The notes under the pieces: generated by a model
What the model saw: only the letters and a program-made list of their open reading frames with translations
Told to the model about the DNA's origin: nothing
Databases searched by the model: none
Made by a program: the position numbers and the translations under genes
Assembly (NCBI GenBank): GCA_039630085.1
Contig: JBCNVM010000006.1
Location: 1 to 32,000 of the forward strand
Reading direction: 5' to 3'
Length of the DNA: 32,000 bases
Source: Candidatus Caldarchaeales archaeon
GTDB lineage: Archaea; Thermoproteota; Nitrososphaeria_A; Caldarchaeales; Calditenuaceae
Part shown: one piece after another, positions 22,503 to 30,713 of the stretch
Layout: every line of letters starts with the position of its first letter
Numbering within the stretch: the first letter of the stretch is position 1

Positions 22503-24407
22503 TTAGGCGAGCCTTAGGGAGTCGAGGTTGTTCGGCGCGTAGACCGAGGCCCCCGGAACCACCTTCCTCGCGACCGGGTACATGGCCTGGATCGCCTCGG
22601 GCTCACCGTGGAGGAGGACGACGTTCCTGGGCCTGGTGGAGACCCGCTTGAGGTAGTTGATCAGCTGCTGCCTGCTCGAGTGGCCCGAGAACCCGTCGAC
22701 CTTGTCGACCTTCATCCTCACCGTCAGGGCCTCGAACTTCCCCTCCTCGTTCATCACCTGGACCTCCCTCATCCCCTTCAGGATCTTCCTCCCGAGGGTG
22801 CCCTCGACCTGATAGCTGACAAACTGCAGCAGGTTCCGCTCGTCGCCGCAGAGCTTCCTGAAGTACACGAGGACCGGACCTCCCTCCATCATGCCCGAGG
22901 TCGCGAGGATGATGGCGGACTCCGTCGACTGGAGGACCTCCTCCCTCTGGTGGGGGCTCCTGACCAGCGTGAAGTAGTCGGAGAGGAAGACGTTCCCCAC
23001 CTGCTCCATCTCGGCCTGGAGCTTGGCCGACATGTACTCGGGAAACGTCATGTGGATCGCGGTGGACTCGATGAGGAGTCCGTCGAGGAAGACCGGGACC
23101 TCAGGGATCACCTTCTGCTCGAAGAGCCTCCTGATCACCAGCATGATCTCCTGGGCCCTCCCGACCGCCGGAACGGGTATCAGGACCTGCCCTCCCTCCC
23201 TCACGGTCTGGGATATCCTCTCGCCGAGCATCCTGACGCTCTCCTCCCTCGTGTAGGGGACCGGAGTCGCGCCGTAGGTGCTCTCGAGTATCAGCGTCTC
23301 GACCCTCGGGAACTTCGTGACCGCGGGGCTCAGCATCTCGGTCTCCTCGTACTTGAAGTCGCCGGTGTAGACGACGTTGTGAAACCCGTCGTTGACGTGG
23401 AGGTGCGCTATCGCGGAGCCTATGATGTGGCCGGCGTTGTAGAACGTCAGCCTCATGTCTGGGGTTATGTTGGTGACCACGCCGTACCTGAGCGTGACCG
23501 TGTACTGCGCGACCGTCCTAATGTCGTGCTCTGAGTAGGGCGCGAACTCCCCCTCCTTCCCCATCAGGTTGAGGTAGTCGAGGTGCTCCATGATCATCAG
23601 GGGCAGCGTCGGCTCCGTCATGTAGACCGGGCCCCTGTAGCCGTACTTGAAGAGAAGCGGGAGGGCCCCGTGGTGGTCCATGTGGGAGTGCGTTACGACG
23701 ACCGCGTCCAGCTCCTCGATCAGGTCCGGGTGGGCGTCGAACCTCGGGAAGACGTCGTGGATCTTGGTCGCGCCGGCGTTGATGCCCGCGTCGAGTAGGA
23801 CCGTGCTCTCCTTCGTCTTGACCAGCAGGCAGGACCTCCCGACCTGCATAGCGCCCCCGAGGAACGTGACGACGACCTCGCTGTCCTGGAAGAGCCTGTC
23901 CCTGAAGACCCTCTCGCCGATCGACCTGAGGATCTCTATCCGCTCGGGCCCGGCCCCGTAGATGTACTTGCTCACCTTCTCGACGGTCGTCGAGGTCATC
24001 GGCGGAGCCCTCCTCACCGTCACGACCCACCTGAGCCTGTTCTCGAGGTCGGCCACGACGGCCTCGTCGATCGGGACCACAACGTCCTTCGTCTTGATGG
24101 TGACGATCGCCTCGCCCAGCTCCTCGTCGACCCGGAGGCTGTACTGGTGGCCCGCGAACGCCTCAGCGACCGCGGCCTCCACCTCCTCCCTCGGAGCCCT
24201 TATCGAGGGGTCAGGCCTGATCACGACCCTCTTCTTGATCATGCTGACCAGCTCCCTCGCGATCCTGTTCCTGTCCGCGAAGACTTCCGGCCTGTCGGTG
24301 TAGATCGCGATCCTCGGCCCCTCGTAGTCTATCTTCGTCGCGACGCGCTGTCCTTGACCCACCGTCGCTAGATAGCCTAAGATCTCGTCCCTGATCGGGC
24401 TAAACAT
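22503..24407 (-). CDS. fttA: aCPSF1/FttA: KH-domain beta-CASP metallo-beta-lactamase ribonuclease (transcription termination factor)
   Basis: 634 aa. N-terminal KH region (KIDYEGPRIAIYTDRPEVF), MBL motif VVTHSHMDHHGALP, beta-CASP region, and a C-terminal ...LLHGEP motif. An AGGTGA Shine-Dalgarno-like element lies 9 nt upstream and a CACTTAAATAAAG TATA about 55 nt upstream. Confidence 0.9.
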   Translation of the reverse strand: MFSPIRDEILGYLATVGQGQRVATKIDYEGPRIAIYTDRPEVFADRNRIARELVSMIKKRVVIRPDPSIRAPREEVEAAVAEAFAGHQYSLRVDEELGEAIVTIKTKDVVVPIDEAVVADLENRLRWVVTVRRAPPMTSTTVEKVSKYIYGAGPERIEILRSIGERVFRDRLFQDSEVVVTFLGGAMQVGRSCLLVKTKESTVLLDAGINAGATKIHDVFPRFDAHPDLIEELDAVVVTHSHMDHHGALPLLFKYGYRGPVYMTEPTLPLMIMEHLDYLNLMGKEGEFAPYSEHDIRTVAQYTVTLRYGVVTNITPDMRLTFYNAGHIIGSAIAHLHVNDGFHNVVYTGDFKYEETEMLSPAVTKFPRVETLILESTYGATPVPYTREESVRMLGERISQTVREGGQVLIPVPAVGRAQEIMLVIRRLFEQKVIPEVPVFLDGLLIESTAIHMTFPEYMSAKLQAEMEQVGNVFLSDYFTLVRSPHQREEVLQSTESAIILATSGMMEGGPVLVYFRKLCGDERNLLQFVSYQVEGTLGRKILKGMREVQVMNEEGKFEALTVRMKVDKVDGFSGHSSRQQLINYLKRVSTRPRNVVLLHGEPEAIQAMYPVARKVVPGASVYAPNNLDSLRLA

Positions 24408-24456
24408 GAGCTTTCTTTCACCTTCTGGGCGACAGCCCGAACTGAACCCACTCCGT

Positions 24457-24469
24457 CTTTATTTAAGTG
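24457..24469 (-). promoter_or_regulatory. TATA box for aCPSF1/FttA
   Basis: The minus strand reads CACTTAAATAAAG. This is the only AT-rich element in the 258-bp spacer. Confidence 0.4.
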
Positions 24470-24665
24470 TAAATCGGCGGACTTTCGCCCCGTTTGGCGC
24501 TCGCATCGCCGGTTCGCGTCCGCGCTCACCACCCCGATGACGCCGGAGGGGGCACGGCGTCGTCACGGCACCCGCTGAGCCGACGCGCCGAGGACCGGAC
24601 CAGAGCAGCTCCGGCCCTCCTCGGGACGGTTTATCTCCAAGCGAGGCGCGGAATGTGGACCGAAA

Positions 24666-25997
24666 TTGCAGGACGAAGTGGTAAGCGTGACTAGGGCCCA
24701 CCTCTTCGGGACCTGGAGGAAGCAGAGGGGCTGGACGCCCCTCAACGTCGTGAAGGGGGAAGGCTGTTACGTCCTGGACGCCTCGGGGAGGTCTATCCTG
24801 GACTTCTCCTCGATGCTGGTCTGCGTCAACCTGGGATACTCGAACAGGGCGATATCGGAGGCGGTGGCGTCGCAGATCGGAACCCTGCCCTACGTGATAC
24901 CCTTCATGACCACCGGCGTGAAGGCCGAAGTCGCGCGGCTCCTGAAGGAGGTCCTTCCGGAGGGCCTCGAGAAGTTCTTCTTCTCGACGTCGGGGACGGA
25001 CGCGGTCGAGGCCGCGATCAAGATCGCGAGGCTGAAGACCGGCAGGCCCAAGATCCTCTCGAGGTACGTCTCCTACCACGGGTCCACGACGGGTTCCATC
25101 GCGGCCAGCGGCGAGGTGAGGAGGTGGTTCGTCGAGCACTTCGGGAAGGCCGGAGACGTCGTCTTCGCCCCGCCGCCCTACTGTTACAGGTGCCCGTTCA
25201 AGCTGAAGTACCCCGACTGCGGAATCGCCTGCGTCGAGGTCATCGACCACATAATCAAGAACGAGTTCGGGATAGCGGGGATCCTCTTCGAGCCCGTGGT
25301 GGGCACTAACGGCGTGATAGTCCCTCCGGACGGGTACATGGAGAGGCTCCAGGAGATAGCGAGGGAGAACGACGTCCTCCTCATCGACGACGAGGTGATG
25401 ACCGGATGGTTCAGGACCGGGAAGTGGTTCGCGGTCGAGCACTGGGGCGTCAAGCCCGACATCCTCGTCACAGCTAAAGGCCTCACCTCCGCATACGTCC
25501 CGCTCGCGCTCACCGCTGTCAGCAGGGAGATCGCCGAGCACTTCGAGGACAACTTCTTCGCCCACGGCCACACGTACGAGGCCCATCCGGTGGCGCTAGC
25601 CGCCGCGAAGGCCGCGATCCAGGAGTACCGGAGGCTGAGGATTTGGGAGAACGTCGAGAGGGTCGGGAAATACTTGGGCAGAAGGCTGAGGGAGCTGGAG
25701 GAGAGGCACCGGTCGGTGGGAGAGGTGAGGGGGATCGGCATGTTCTGGGCGATCGACCTCACTAGGGACAGGAGCACGAGGGAGCCCTTCAACGTCTACT
25801 CGGACAAGTACGCGGGGAACTCGACGATGGCCGAGAGGTTGGCGGCGGAGGCGCTCAAGCGGGGCGTCTACGTCCTAGGCTACGTCAACAACCTCGTGAT
25901 CGCTCCGCCCCTCATCGCGACCGAGGCCGACGTCGACAGGGGAGTTGCGGTCCTGGACGAGGTCCTCCGCGTCTCGGACCAGGAGGCGAGGGGCTGA
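24666..25997 (+). CDS. Class III (omega-type) PLP-dependent aminotransferase
   Basis: VVKGEGCYVLDASGRSILDF, STSGTDAVEAAIKIAR, LLIDDEVMTGWFRTGKWFAVEHWGVKPDILVTAKGLTS (catalytic Lys). The start is TTG 24666, or a GTG 4-7 codons later. Confidence 0.85.
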   Translation: MQDEVVSVTRAHLFGTWRKQRGWTPLNVVKGEGCYVLDASGRSILDFSSMLVCVNLGYSNRAISEAVASQIGTLPYVIPFMTTGVKAEVARLLKEVLPEGLEKFFFSTSGTDAVEAAIKIARLKTGRPKILSRYVSYHGSTTGSIAASGEVRRWFVEHFGKAGDVVFAPPPYCYRCPFKLKYPDCGIACVEVIDHIIKNEFGIAGILFEPVVGTNGVIVPPDGYMERLQEIARENDVLLIDDEVMTGWFRTGKWFAVEHWGVKPDILVTAKGLTSAYVPLALTAVSREIAEHFEDNFFAHGHTYEAHPVALAAAKAAIQEYRRLRIWENVERVGKYLGRRLRELEERHRSVGEVRGIGMFWAIDLTRDRSTREPFNVYSDKYAGNSTMAERLAAEALKRGVYVLGYVNNLVIAPPLIATEADVDRGVAVLDEVLRVSDQEARG

Positions 25998-25998
25998 C

Positions 25999-26919
25999 TC
26001 AGGCCACCGACAACATCAGGTACGAGACGACTATCGAGACGTAGATCAGCGAGAAGGAGATCAGCGCGGCCACGTGCCACCTCATCCTCCTCACGTAGGA
26101 GAGGCCGGCCGCGAAGACGAGGAACGACCCCATCTGAGCTATCACTAGGATCAGGTTCGCGGTGACGCTGTTCGGGAGCGGGAACGCGGCCTCGAACTGC
26201 CCGAGCCTCAGGACCCTGTCGACGAAGGCCGCTGCGGGGTATAGTGACATCGGGAGGAGCCCGAGCGGCAACAGGGCCAGCATCTGCCTCCACTGCCCCC
26301 CGAACGTGATCAGCGACGCGAGGAGCCCCTTCACCCCCTTGAACCTGTCGGGCGTCCTGCCCGAGAGGCGCTCGTAGACCTCGGAGAGGGCCGAGAAGTA
26401 CCCGTAGGTGAGGAGGGCCGTGGCCGCGAGGCAGGCCGCGAGGCCGTCGACCGTGAAGTGCTTGAACTTGTACACGTGGAGGATCAGGATGACGAACTTG
26501 CCGTTCAGCAGGAGCGCCACCAGCACGGCCGCCGAGAGGGCCGCCGTCAGCGCCCCGATCCTCGGCCTCTCCACGAAGGGGCCGATCAGCCACGTGGGGA
26601 CGAAGACCTGGCTCAGCAGCTCGATCGCCCTGCTCCGCCTCTGCTCAATTTCCTCGAAGGAGAGGTCGTCCCTCGTCTTCAGGTACCTGTAGACCTGCTC
26701 CCCGAGCTTGGTGAGGACGTAGTTCCGCTTGTCGTCCTGGGCCACGAGGTCCCTCAGCTGCCTGAGGTTGTAGTAGAGGGAGCCCGTGCTTATTCCGAGC
26801 CTCTCCCTCAGGGCGACCGCGCCTATCCTCCCCGAGTCGCCGACGACCTCGATGATCCTCCGCCTGATGCGGTGCCGGAGCAGCCACAAGAGCTCCCGCT
26901 CGTCGATGCCTTCAGCCAA
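25999..26919 (-). CDS. Winged-helix (ArsR-like) DNA-binding domain fused to a multi-pass membrane domain
   Basis: The N-terminus IRRRIIEVVGDSGRIGAVALRERLGISTGSLYYNLRQLRDLVAQDDKRNYVLTKLGEQVY is a wHTH pattern. About 6 hydrophobic helices follow. It is divergent from top6A. Confidence 0.6.
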   Translation of the reverse strand: MAEGIDERELLWLLRHRIRRRIIEVVGDSGRIGAVALRERLGISTGSLYYNLRQLRDLVAQDDKRNYVLTKLGEQVYRYLKTRDDLSFEEIEQRRSRAIELLSQVFVPTWLIGPFVERPRIGALTAALSAAVLVALLLNGKFVILILHVYKFKHFTVDGLAACLAATALLTYGYFSALSEVYERLSGRTPDRFKGVKGLLASLITFGGQWRQMLALLPLGLLPMSLYPAAAFVDRVLRLGQFEAAFPLPNSVTANLILVIAQMGSFLVFAAGLSYVRRMRWHVAALISFSLIYVSIVVSYLMLSVA

Positions 26920-26971
26920 AATCTCCGCACCAACGGGTGACCGGGTCCGCTGGATATTTACCGTTATTCGG

Positions 26972-27019
26972 CCGGAGCCTCACAACGTAGCCTCGAATGA
27001 CCTTAAGAGAAGGCTCCGG
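26972..27019 (+). repeat. Perfect 9-bp inverted repeat (CCGGAGCCT ... AGGCTCCGG) with a 30-nt spacer in the top6A leader / divergent promoter region
   Basis: Arms at 26972-26980 and 27011-27019, read directly from the sequence. The right arm ends 15 nt before ATG 27035. Confidence 0.5.
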
Positions 27020-27034
27020 ACCCGCACGTCGGGA

Positions 27035-28141
27035 ATGAAGGACAGCGGGCCCGGGAAGTCGGTCTACAGGGCCGACAAGGAGAAGGAGGAGGTCCTCAAG
27101 GGGCTGAAGGCGCTCGGGACCAGGATTGTCAACGACCTGAAGAGGGAGAGATGGCCCTCGGTTGAGCTGCCCCTCAGGACGACCAAGAACATCGTCTACG
27201 ACGCGGACCTCAGGCAGTACGTGCTCGGGCCGAAGAAGGCCGTCAGGACCCTCAGCAACATCAGGCACGTCAGGCCCTTCGCGCAGATGGTGTGGTTGAT
27301 GAAGTTCTCCAAGCAGCTGATCGAGTCGGGGAAGACGTCGACCCTCAGGGACACCTACTACGTCGCGCTGGGCGAGAACGTCGACTTCGAGGACCAGGAC
27401 GAGAGCGACGACATCATCTTGGAGCTGGAGAGCGTGCTCGGGCACCCGAGGGAGGACTTCAACATCTTCCCGGAGGAGAGGGCCTCGATATACGGGGACC
27501 TCGTGATCGAGTACACCGTTCCCGGCTTCAGGGGGAACAGAGTAGACCTCTCGACGCACCCGGACGGATACGCGATCGGTCCGGCCCTCACGACCGCCGA
27601 GTTCGTCAGGTGCGGGGCAGAGATGGTCTTCGTGATCGAGAAGGGCGCGGTCTTCAGCAGGTTCGTCGAGGAGAGGGCCGACAGGAAGTTCAAGGCGCTC
27701 CTGATCCACACCGCCGGTCAGTCGCCGAGGAACTGCAGGAAGCTGATCAGGAGGCTGAGGGAGGAGCTGGACCTCCCGATCTACGTCTTCACCGACGCCG
27801 ACCCCTACGGCGTCCACATAGCCTCGGTCCTGATCCACGGATCAGCGCTCTCCGCGCACATCAAGCAGATCAACGTCCCCGACGCGATCTGGGCCGGCGT
27901 CTACGCGACTGACATCACGAAGTACAAGCTGCCCTCGATGAAGTTCACCGATGTCGACGAGAAGAGGCTCTCGGAGCTCCTGGAGGACCCCAGGTATCAG
28001 GCCGACCCCTGGAGGAGGGAGGTGAAGTACTTCGAGAAGCTGAAGAGGAAGGCGGAGCTCGAGGCCTTCTCGAAGTACGGGCTCGAGTTCATCGTGAAGG
28101 ACTTCCTTCCTGAGAGGCTAGCGGAGCTCCAGAAGCGGTGA
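27035..28141 (+). CDS. top6A: DNA topoisomerase VI subunit A (Spo11 homologue)
   Basis: GKTSTLRDTYYV (catalytic Tyr region), Toprim FVIEKGAVFSRF and YVFTDADPYGVHIA. The track ORF starts at 26786, but that stretch overlaps the divergent gene and looks non-coding. ATG 27035 (MKDSGPGKSVY...) gives a 368-aa protein. Confidence 0.9.
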   Translation: MKDSGPGKSVYRADKEKEEVLKGLKALGTRIVNDLKRERWPSVELPLRTTKNIVYDADLRQYVLGPKKAVRTLSNIRHVRPFAQMVWLMKFSKQLIESGKTSTLRDTYYVALGENVDFEDQDESDDIILELESVLGHPREDFNIFPEERASIYGDLVIEYTVPGFRGNRVDLSTHPDGYAIGPALTTAEFVRCGAEMVFVIEKGAVFSRFVEERADRKFKALLIHTAGQSPRNCRKLIRRLREELDLPIYVFTDADPYGVHIASVLIHGSALSAHIKQINVPDAIWAGVYATDITKYKLPSMKFTDVDEKRLSELLEDPRYQADPWRREVKYFEKLKRKAELEAFSKYGLEFIVKDFLPERLAELQKR

Positions 28142-28176
28142 GTTATTAGGCCGGCGGGGCGTAACGCTCTTGGGTA

Positions 28177-28986
28177 TTGGTGCTGAGGTTCGCGGGCGAG
28201 GGGCCGGCCGTCCTGATAGAGAGCTCGGGGAGGAGGTACCTGCTGGTCTCGGACGTCCACCTGGGCTACGAGCTGGAGCTCGCGAGCAAGGGCGTTAGGG
28301 TCCCCCCGCAGGCCCCCAAGGTCACCAGGCGCCTCCTCGAGCTGGGCGAGGAGTCCGGAGCCGAGGTGCTGGTCCTGCTGGGCGACGTCAAGCACAGGGT
28401 CACCGGCGTGAGCTGGAGGGAGGAGGTGGGCGTGAGGGCGATGCTCGCGGAGCTCAGCAGGAGGTTCGAGGAGGTGGTAGTCCTCCCGGGGAACCACGAC
28501 GCCGGCATCTCGGAGCTCGTGAAGGGCACCGCGAGCCTCGCGGGGAGCAGGGGCATCAGGATCGGGGGCTACTGGGTGATGCACGGCCACACATGGCCCC
28601 TCCCCGAGTCGCTGGACGCTGACGCCTACGTCATCGGGCACACGCACCCGACCGCGGTGATCAGGACGCCCGAGGGGAGCTTCAGGATGAGGGTGAACCT
28701 AGTCCTGAGGGGCTCGAGGTCCAAGCTCGCGAGGGCGGTCGCCACTAGGCCCGGCTACGCCGAGGTCCTCGAGGGGCGGAGGCCGAGGGGGACGGTCAAG
28801 CTGCTGGTGCTGGCGCACTTCAGCCCGATGGCCCCGGGCGTCGACGTGGCGGAGCTCCCCGGTTCCCCGCGGACCAGCCCGCTCCTGAGGTCCGGCGCCT
28901 TCGACGTCTCTGAGGCCGACGTCCTTAGCACCTCCGGCGAGCTGCTGGGGAGGCTGGCAGAGCTTGGGGTCGAGGAGGAGGCCTGA
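28177..28986 (+). CDS. Calcineurin-like metallophosphoesterase, SbcD/Mre11-related small archaeal type (COG1407-like)
   Basis: All five phosphoesterase motifs are intact: LLVSDVHLG, VLLGDVKH, LPGNHD, VMHGH, VIGHTHP. It starts 35 nt after the top6A stop. Confidence 0.75.
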   Translation: MVLRFAGEGPAVLIESSGRRYLLVSDVHLGYELELASKGVRVPPQAPKVTRRLLELGEESGAEVLVLLGDVKHRVTGVSWREEVGVRAMLAELSRRFEEVVVLPGNHDAGISELVKGTASLAGSRGIRIGGYWVMHGHTWPLPESLDADAYVIGHTHPTAVIRTPEGSFRMRVNLVLRGSRSKLARAVATRPGYAEVLEGRRPRGTVKLLVLAHFSPMAPGVDVAELPGSPRTSPLLRSGAFDVSEADVLSTSGELLGRLAELGVEEEA

Positions 28987-29287
28987 GCCCGAGGAGGAGG
29001 CGAGGAAGCTCGCGGAGGAGGGCAGGGTCAAGCGGTACGTCTTCAGGCCGAGCGGCCGCGTCGTCTGGGTCGTCGTGGGGAGGAGGAGGGAGTACATCGT
29101 GATGCCCGAGGTAAACTACTGCACCTGCGACGACTACTACTTCAGGGTGATCGGGGGCCAGAAGCCCTCGTGCTACCACATAGCCGCCGTGAGGACCGCG
29201 ATCTCCGAGGGGAGCTACGTCGAGGTCGAGGAGGAGGACAGATGGTTCTGGCACCTCCTCGACGAATGGCTCGGCTGGAGCGGGTGA
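28964..29287 (+). CDS. SWIM zinc-finger protein
   Basis: NYCTCDDYYFRVIGGQKPSCYHIAAV matches the C.C...C.H SWIM signature. Its start overlaps the phosphoesterase gene by 23 nt. Confidence 0.75.
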   Translation: MGSRRRPEPEEEARKLAEEGRVKRYVFRPSGRVVWVVVGRRREYIVMPEVNYCTCDDYYFRVIGGQKPSCYHIAAVRTAISEGSYVEVEEEDRWFWHLLDEWLGWSG

Positions 29288-29808
29288 GCGGGCCGGGGCT
29301 TATTCCGGGCGAAGCGCGTCCCTCCGGGTCCCACGGGGGCCTTCGCTTCACGACTCTCTGAGCCTCGGTAGCCCGAGGGCCTCACCCTCCATACCCAGAC
29401 GAAGCTCGTGAGGAGGTTGACGGAGAAGGCGACCACGACCGCGAGGAAGTAAGAGACCAGGTGGTTGACCAGCAGGACTTTGTTCAGCAGGTAGAAGGTC
29501 GCGAGGTTCACCGCGACGCTTCCGGCCCTCGAGACGTGGAACTTCAGCAGCCTGACCGCGAACCCGTTGCCGGGGTTTCCACCCGCGCCGAAGGTCCACC
29601 TGTCGTTGATGAGGAAGTTCGCGAAGATCGTGACCTCTGTGACTAGGACGGCGCTGACGAACGACTCCGCGCCGAGCAGGTCCACCATCCCGAACATCAT
29701 CGCCTCGGCGAGTGCGAGCGTCGCGACCCCGACCGCCACGAACCTGTACGTTCTCCGGTCCTTGAGCAGTGCGAGTCCGTAGGACCAGGCGACCCTGAGG
29801 GTCCTCAA
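29215..29808 (-). CDS. GtrA-family membrane protein with a low-complexity C-terminal tail
   Basis: YRFVAVGVATLALAEAMMFGMVDLLG...FANFLINDRWTFG... shows four TM helices typical of GtrA. The TTG start overlaps the nfo stop (TTGA). The last ~50 aa are low complexity and lie antisense to the SWIM gene's 3' end. Confidence 0.7.
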   Translation of the reverse strand: MRTLRVAWSYGLALLKDRRTYRFVAVGVATLALAEAMMFGMVDLLGAESFVSAVLVTEVTIFANFLINDRWTFGAGGNPGNGFAVRLLKFHVSRAGSVAVNLATFYLLNKVLLVNHLVSYFLAVVVAFSVNLLTSFVWVWRVRPSGYRGSESREAKAPVGPGGTRFARNKPRPAHPLQPSHSSRRCQNHLSSSSTST

Positions 29809-30656
29809 CCCGTGGCCCCCTCGTAGAGCGACCTGAGCACGGAGAGGTCCCTAGCGTAGTCCCCGTGCTCGTCCTCCGGCGTCTCGATTATCATCGGGAG
29901 CCTCGTAAGCTTCGGGTGGTTGACTATCCTCCTGAAGCCCTCCCTCCCGATCTTGCCGAGGCCTATGTGCTCGTGCCTGTCGAGCCTGCTCCCGAGGCCG
30001 CCCTTCGAGTCGTTGAGGTGGAGGACCTTGAGGTCTCCGATCCCGACCAGCTCGTCGAAGGACCTCAGGGTCTCCTCGAGGCCGGACGCGGACCTGATGT
30101 CGTAGCCGGCCGCGTAGAGGTGACACGTGTCGAGGCAGACTCCCACCCTGTCCCTGAAGGAGAGCCTCCCGAGGATCTCCCTGATCTCCTCGAACCTCGA
30201 ACCGACGCTCCCCTTCTGCCCCGCCATGTTCTCGAGTAGGAGCACGCACTTCGGGTCGACCTCGCCGATCGCCCTGTCGACCGCCTTCACGACCTGAGAC
30301 ATGCCGACCTCAACTCCCTTCCCCAGGTGGCTCCCCAAGTGGCAGACGAGGTACTCGATGCCCAGCGCGTCGCACCTCTTCAGCTCCTCGACCAGCGACC
30401 TGACCGACCTCTCCCATCCCTCCTTCACCGGCGAGGCGATGTTGGGGAGGTAGGGCATGTGGGCCACGACGACCTCGTAACCCGCCTCTTTCCTCCGCCT
30501 CCTGAACTCCTCGACCTCTGCGTCCTTCAGCCTCCCGGCCCTCCAGCCCCTGGGGTTCCTCGTGAAGATCTGGAACGTCGTGCACCCGAGCTCCTGGGCC
30601 CTTTCGACCGACTTCGCGATCGACCCGGCGATCGAGACGTGCGCGCCCAGCAGCAT
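29805..30656 (-). CDS. nfo: Endonuclease IV (AP endonuclease family 2)
   Basis: LLGAHVSIAGS...CTTFQIFTRNPRGW, VVAHMPYLPNIAS, LVCHLGSH, LLENMAGQ, VCLDTCHLYAAGYD, LHLNDSK, DRHEHIGLGKIG. Confidence 0.9.
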   Translation of the reverse strand: MLLGAHVSIAGSIAKSVERAQELGCTTFQIFTRNPRGWRAGRLKDAEVEEFRRRRKEAGYEVVVAHMPYLPNIASPVKEGWERSVRSLVEELKRCDALGIEYLVCHLGSHLGKGVEVGMSQVVKAVDRAIGEVDPKCVLLLENMAGQKGSVGSRFEEIREILGRLSFRDRVGVCLDTCHLYAAGYDIRSASGLEETLRSFDELVGIGDLKVLHLNDSKGGLGSRLDRHEHIGLGKIGREGFRRIVNHPKLTRLPMIIETPEDEHGDYARDLSVLRSLYEGATG

Positions 30657-30713
30657 CCGATTCCACCTGCCCCTTACACCATAAATGCTTGTCCCGGCGG
30701 CCCGGACGTGTCA

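Noticed and set aside
24495-24531. A tRNA-like 3' end: GGTTCGCGTCC followed by ...CACCA.
   Set aside because: The putative T arm has only 3 complementary pairs and C at the near-invariant A58 position. No D-arm, anticodon arm or acceptor complement could be found.
26786-27034. N-terminal extension of Top6A (track start 26786).
   Set aside because: It overlaps the divergent wHTH-membrane gene and its promoter region, and the sequence is not protein-like. Top6A homology begins after ATG 27035.
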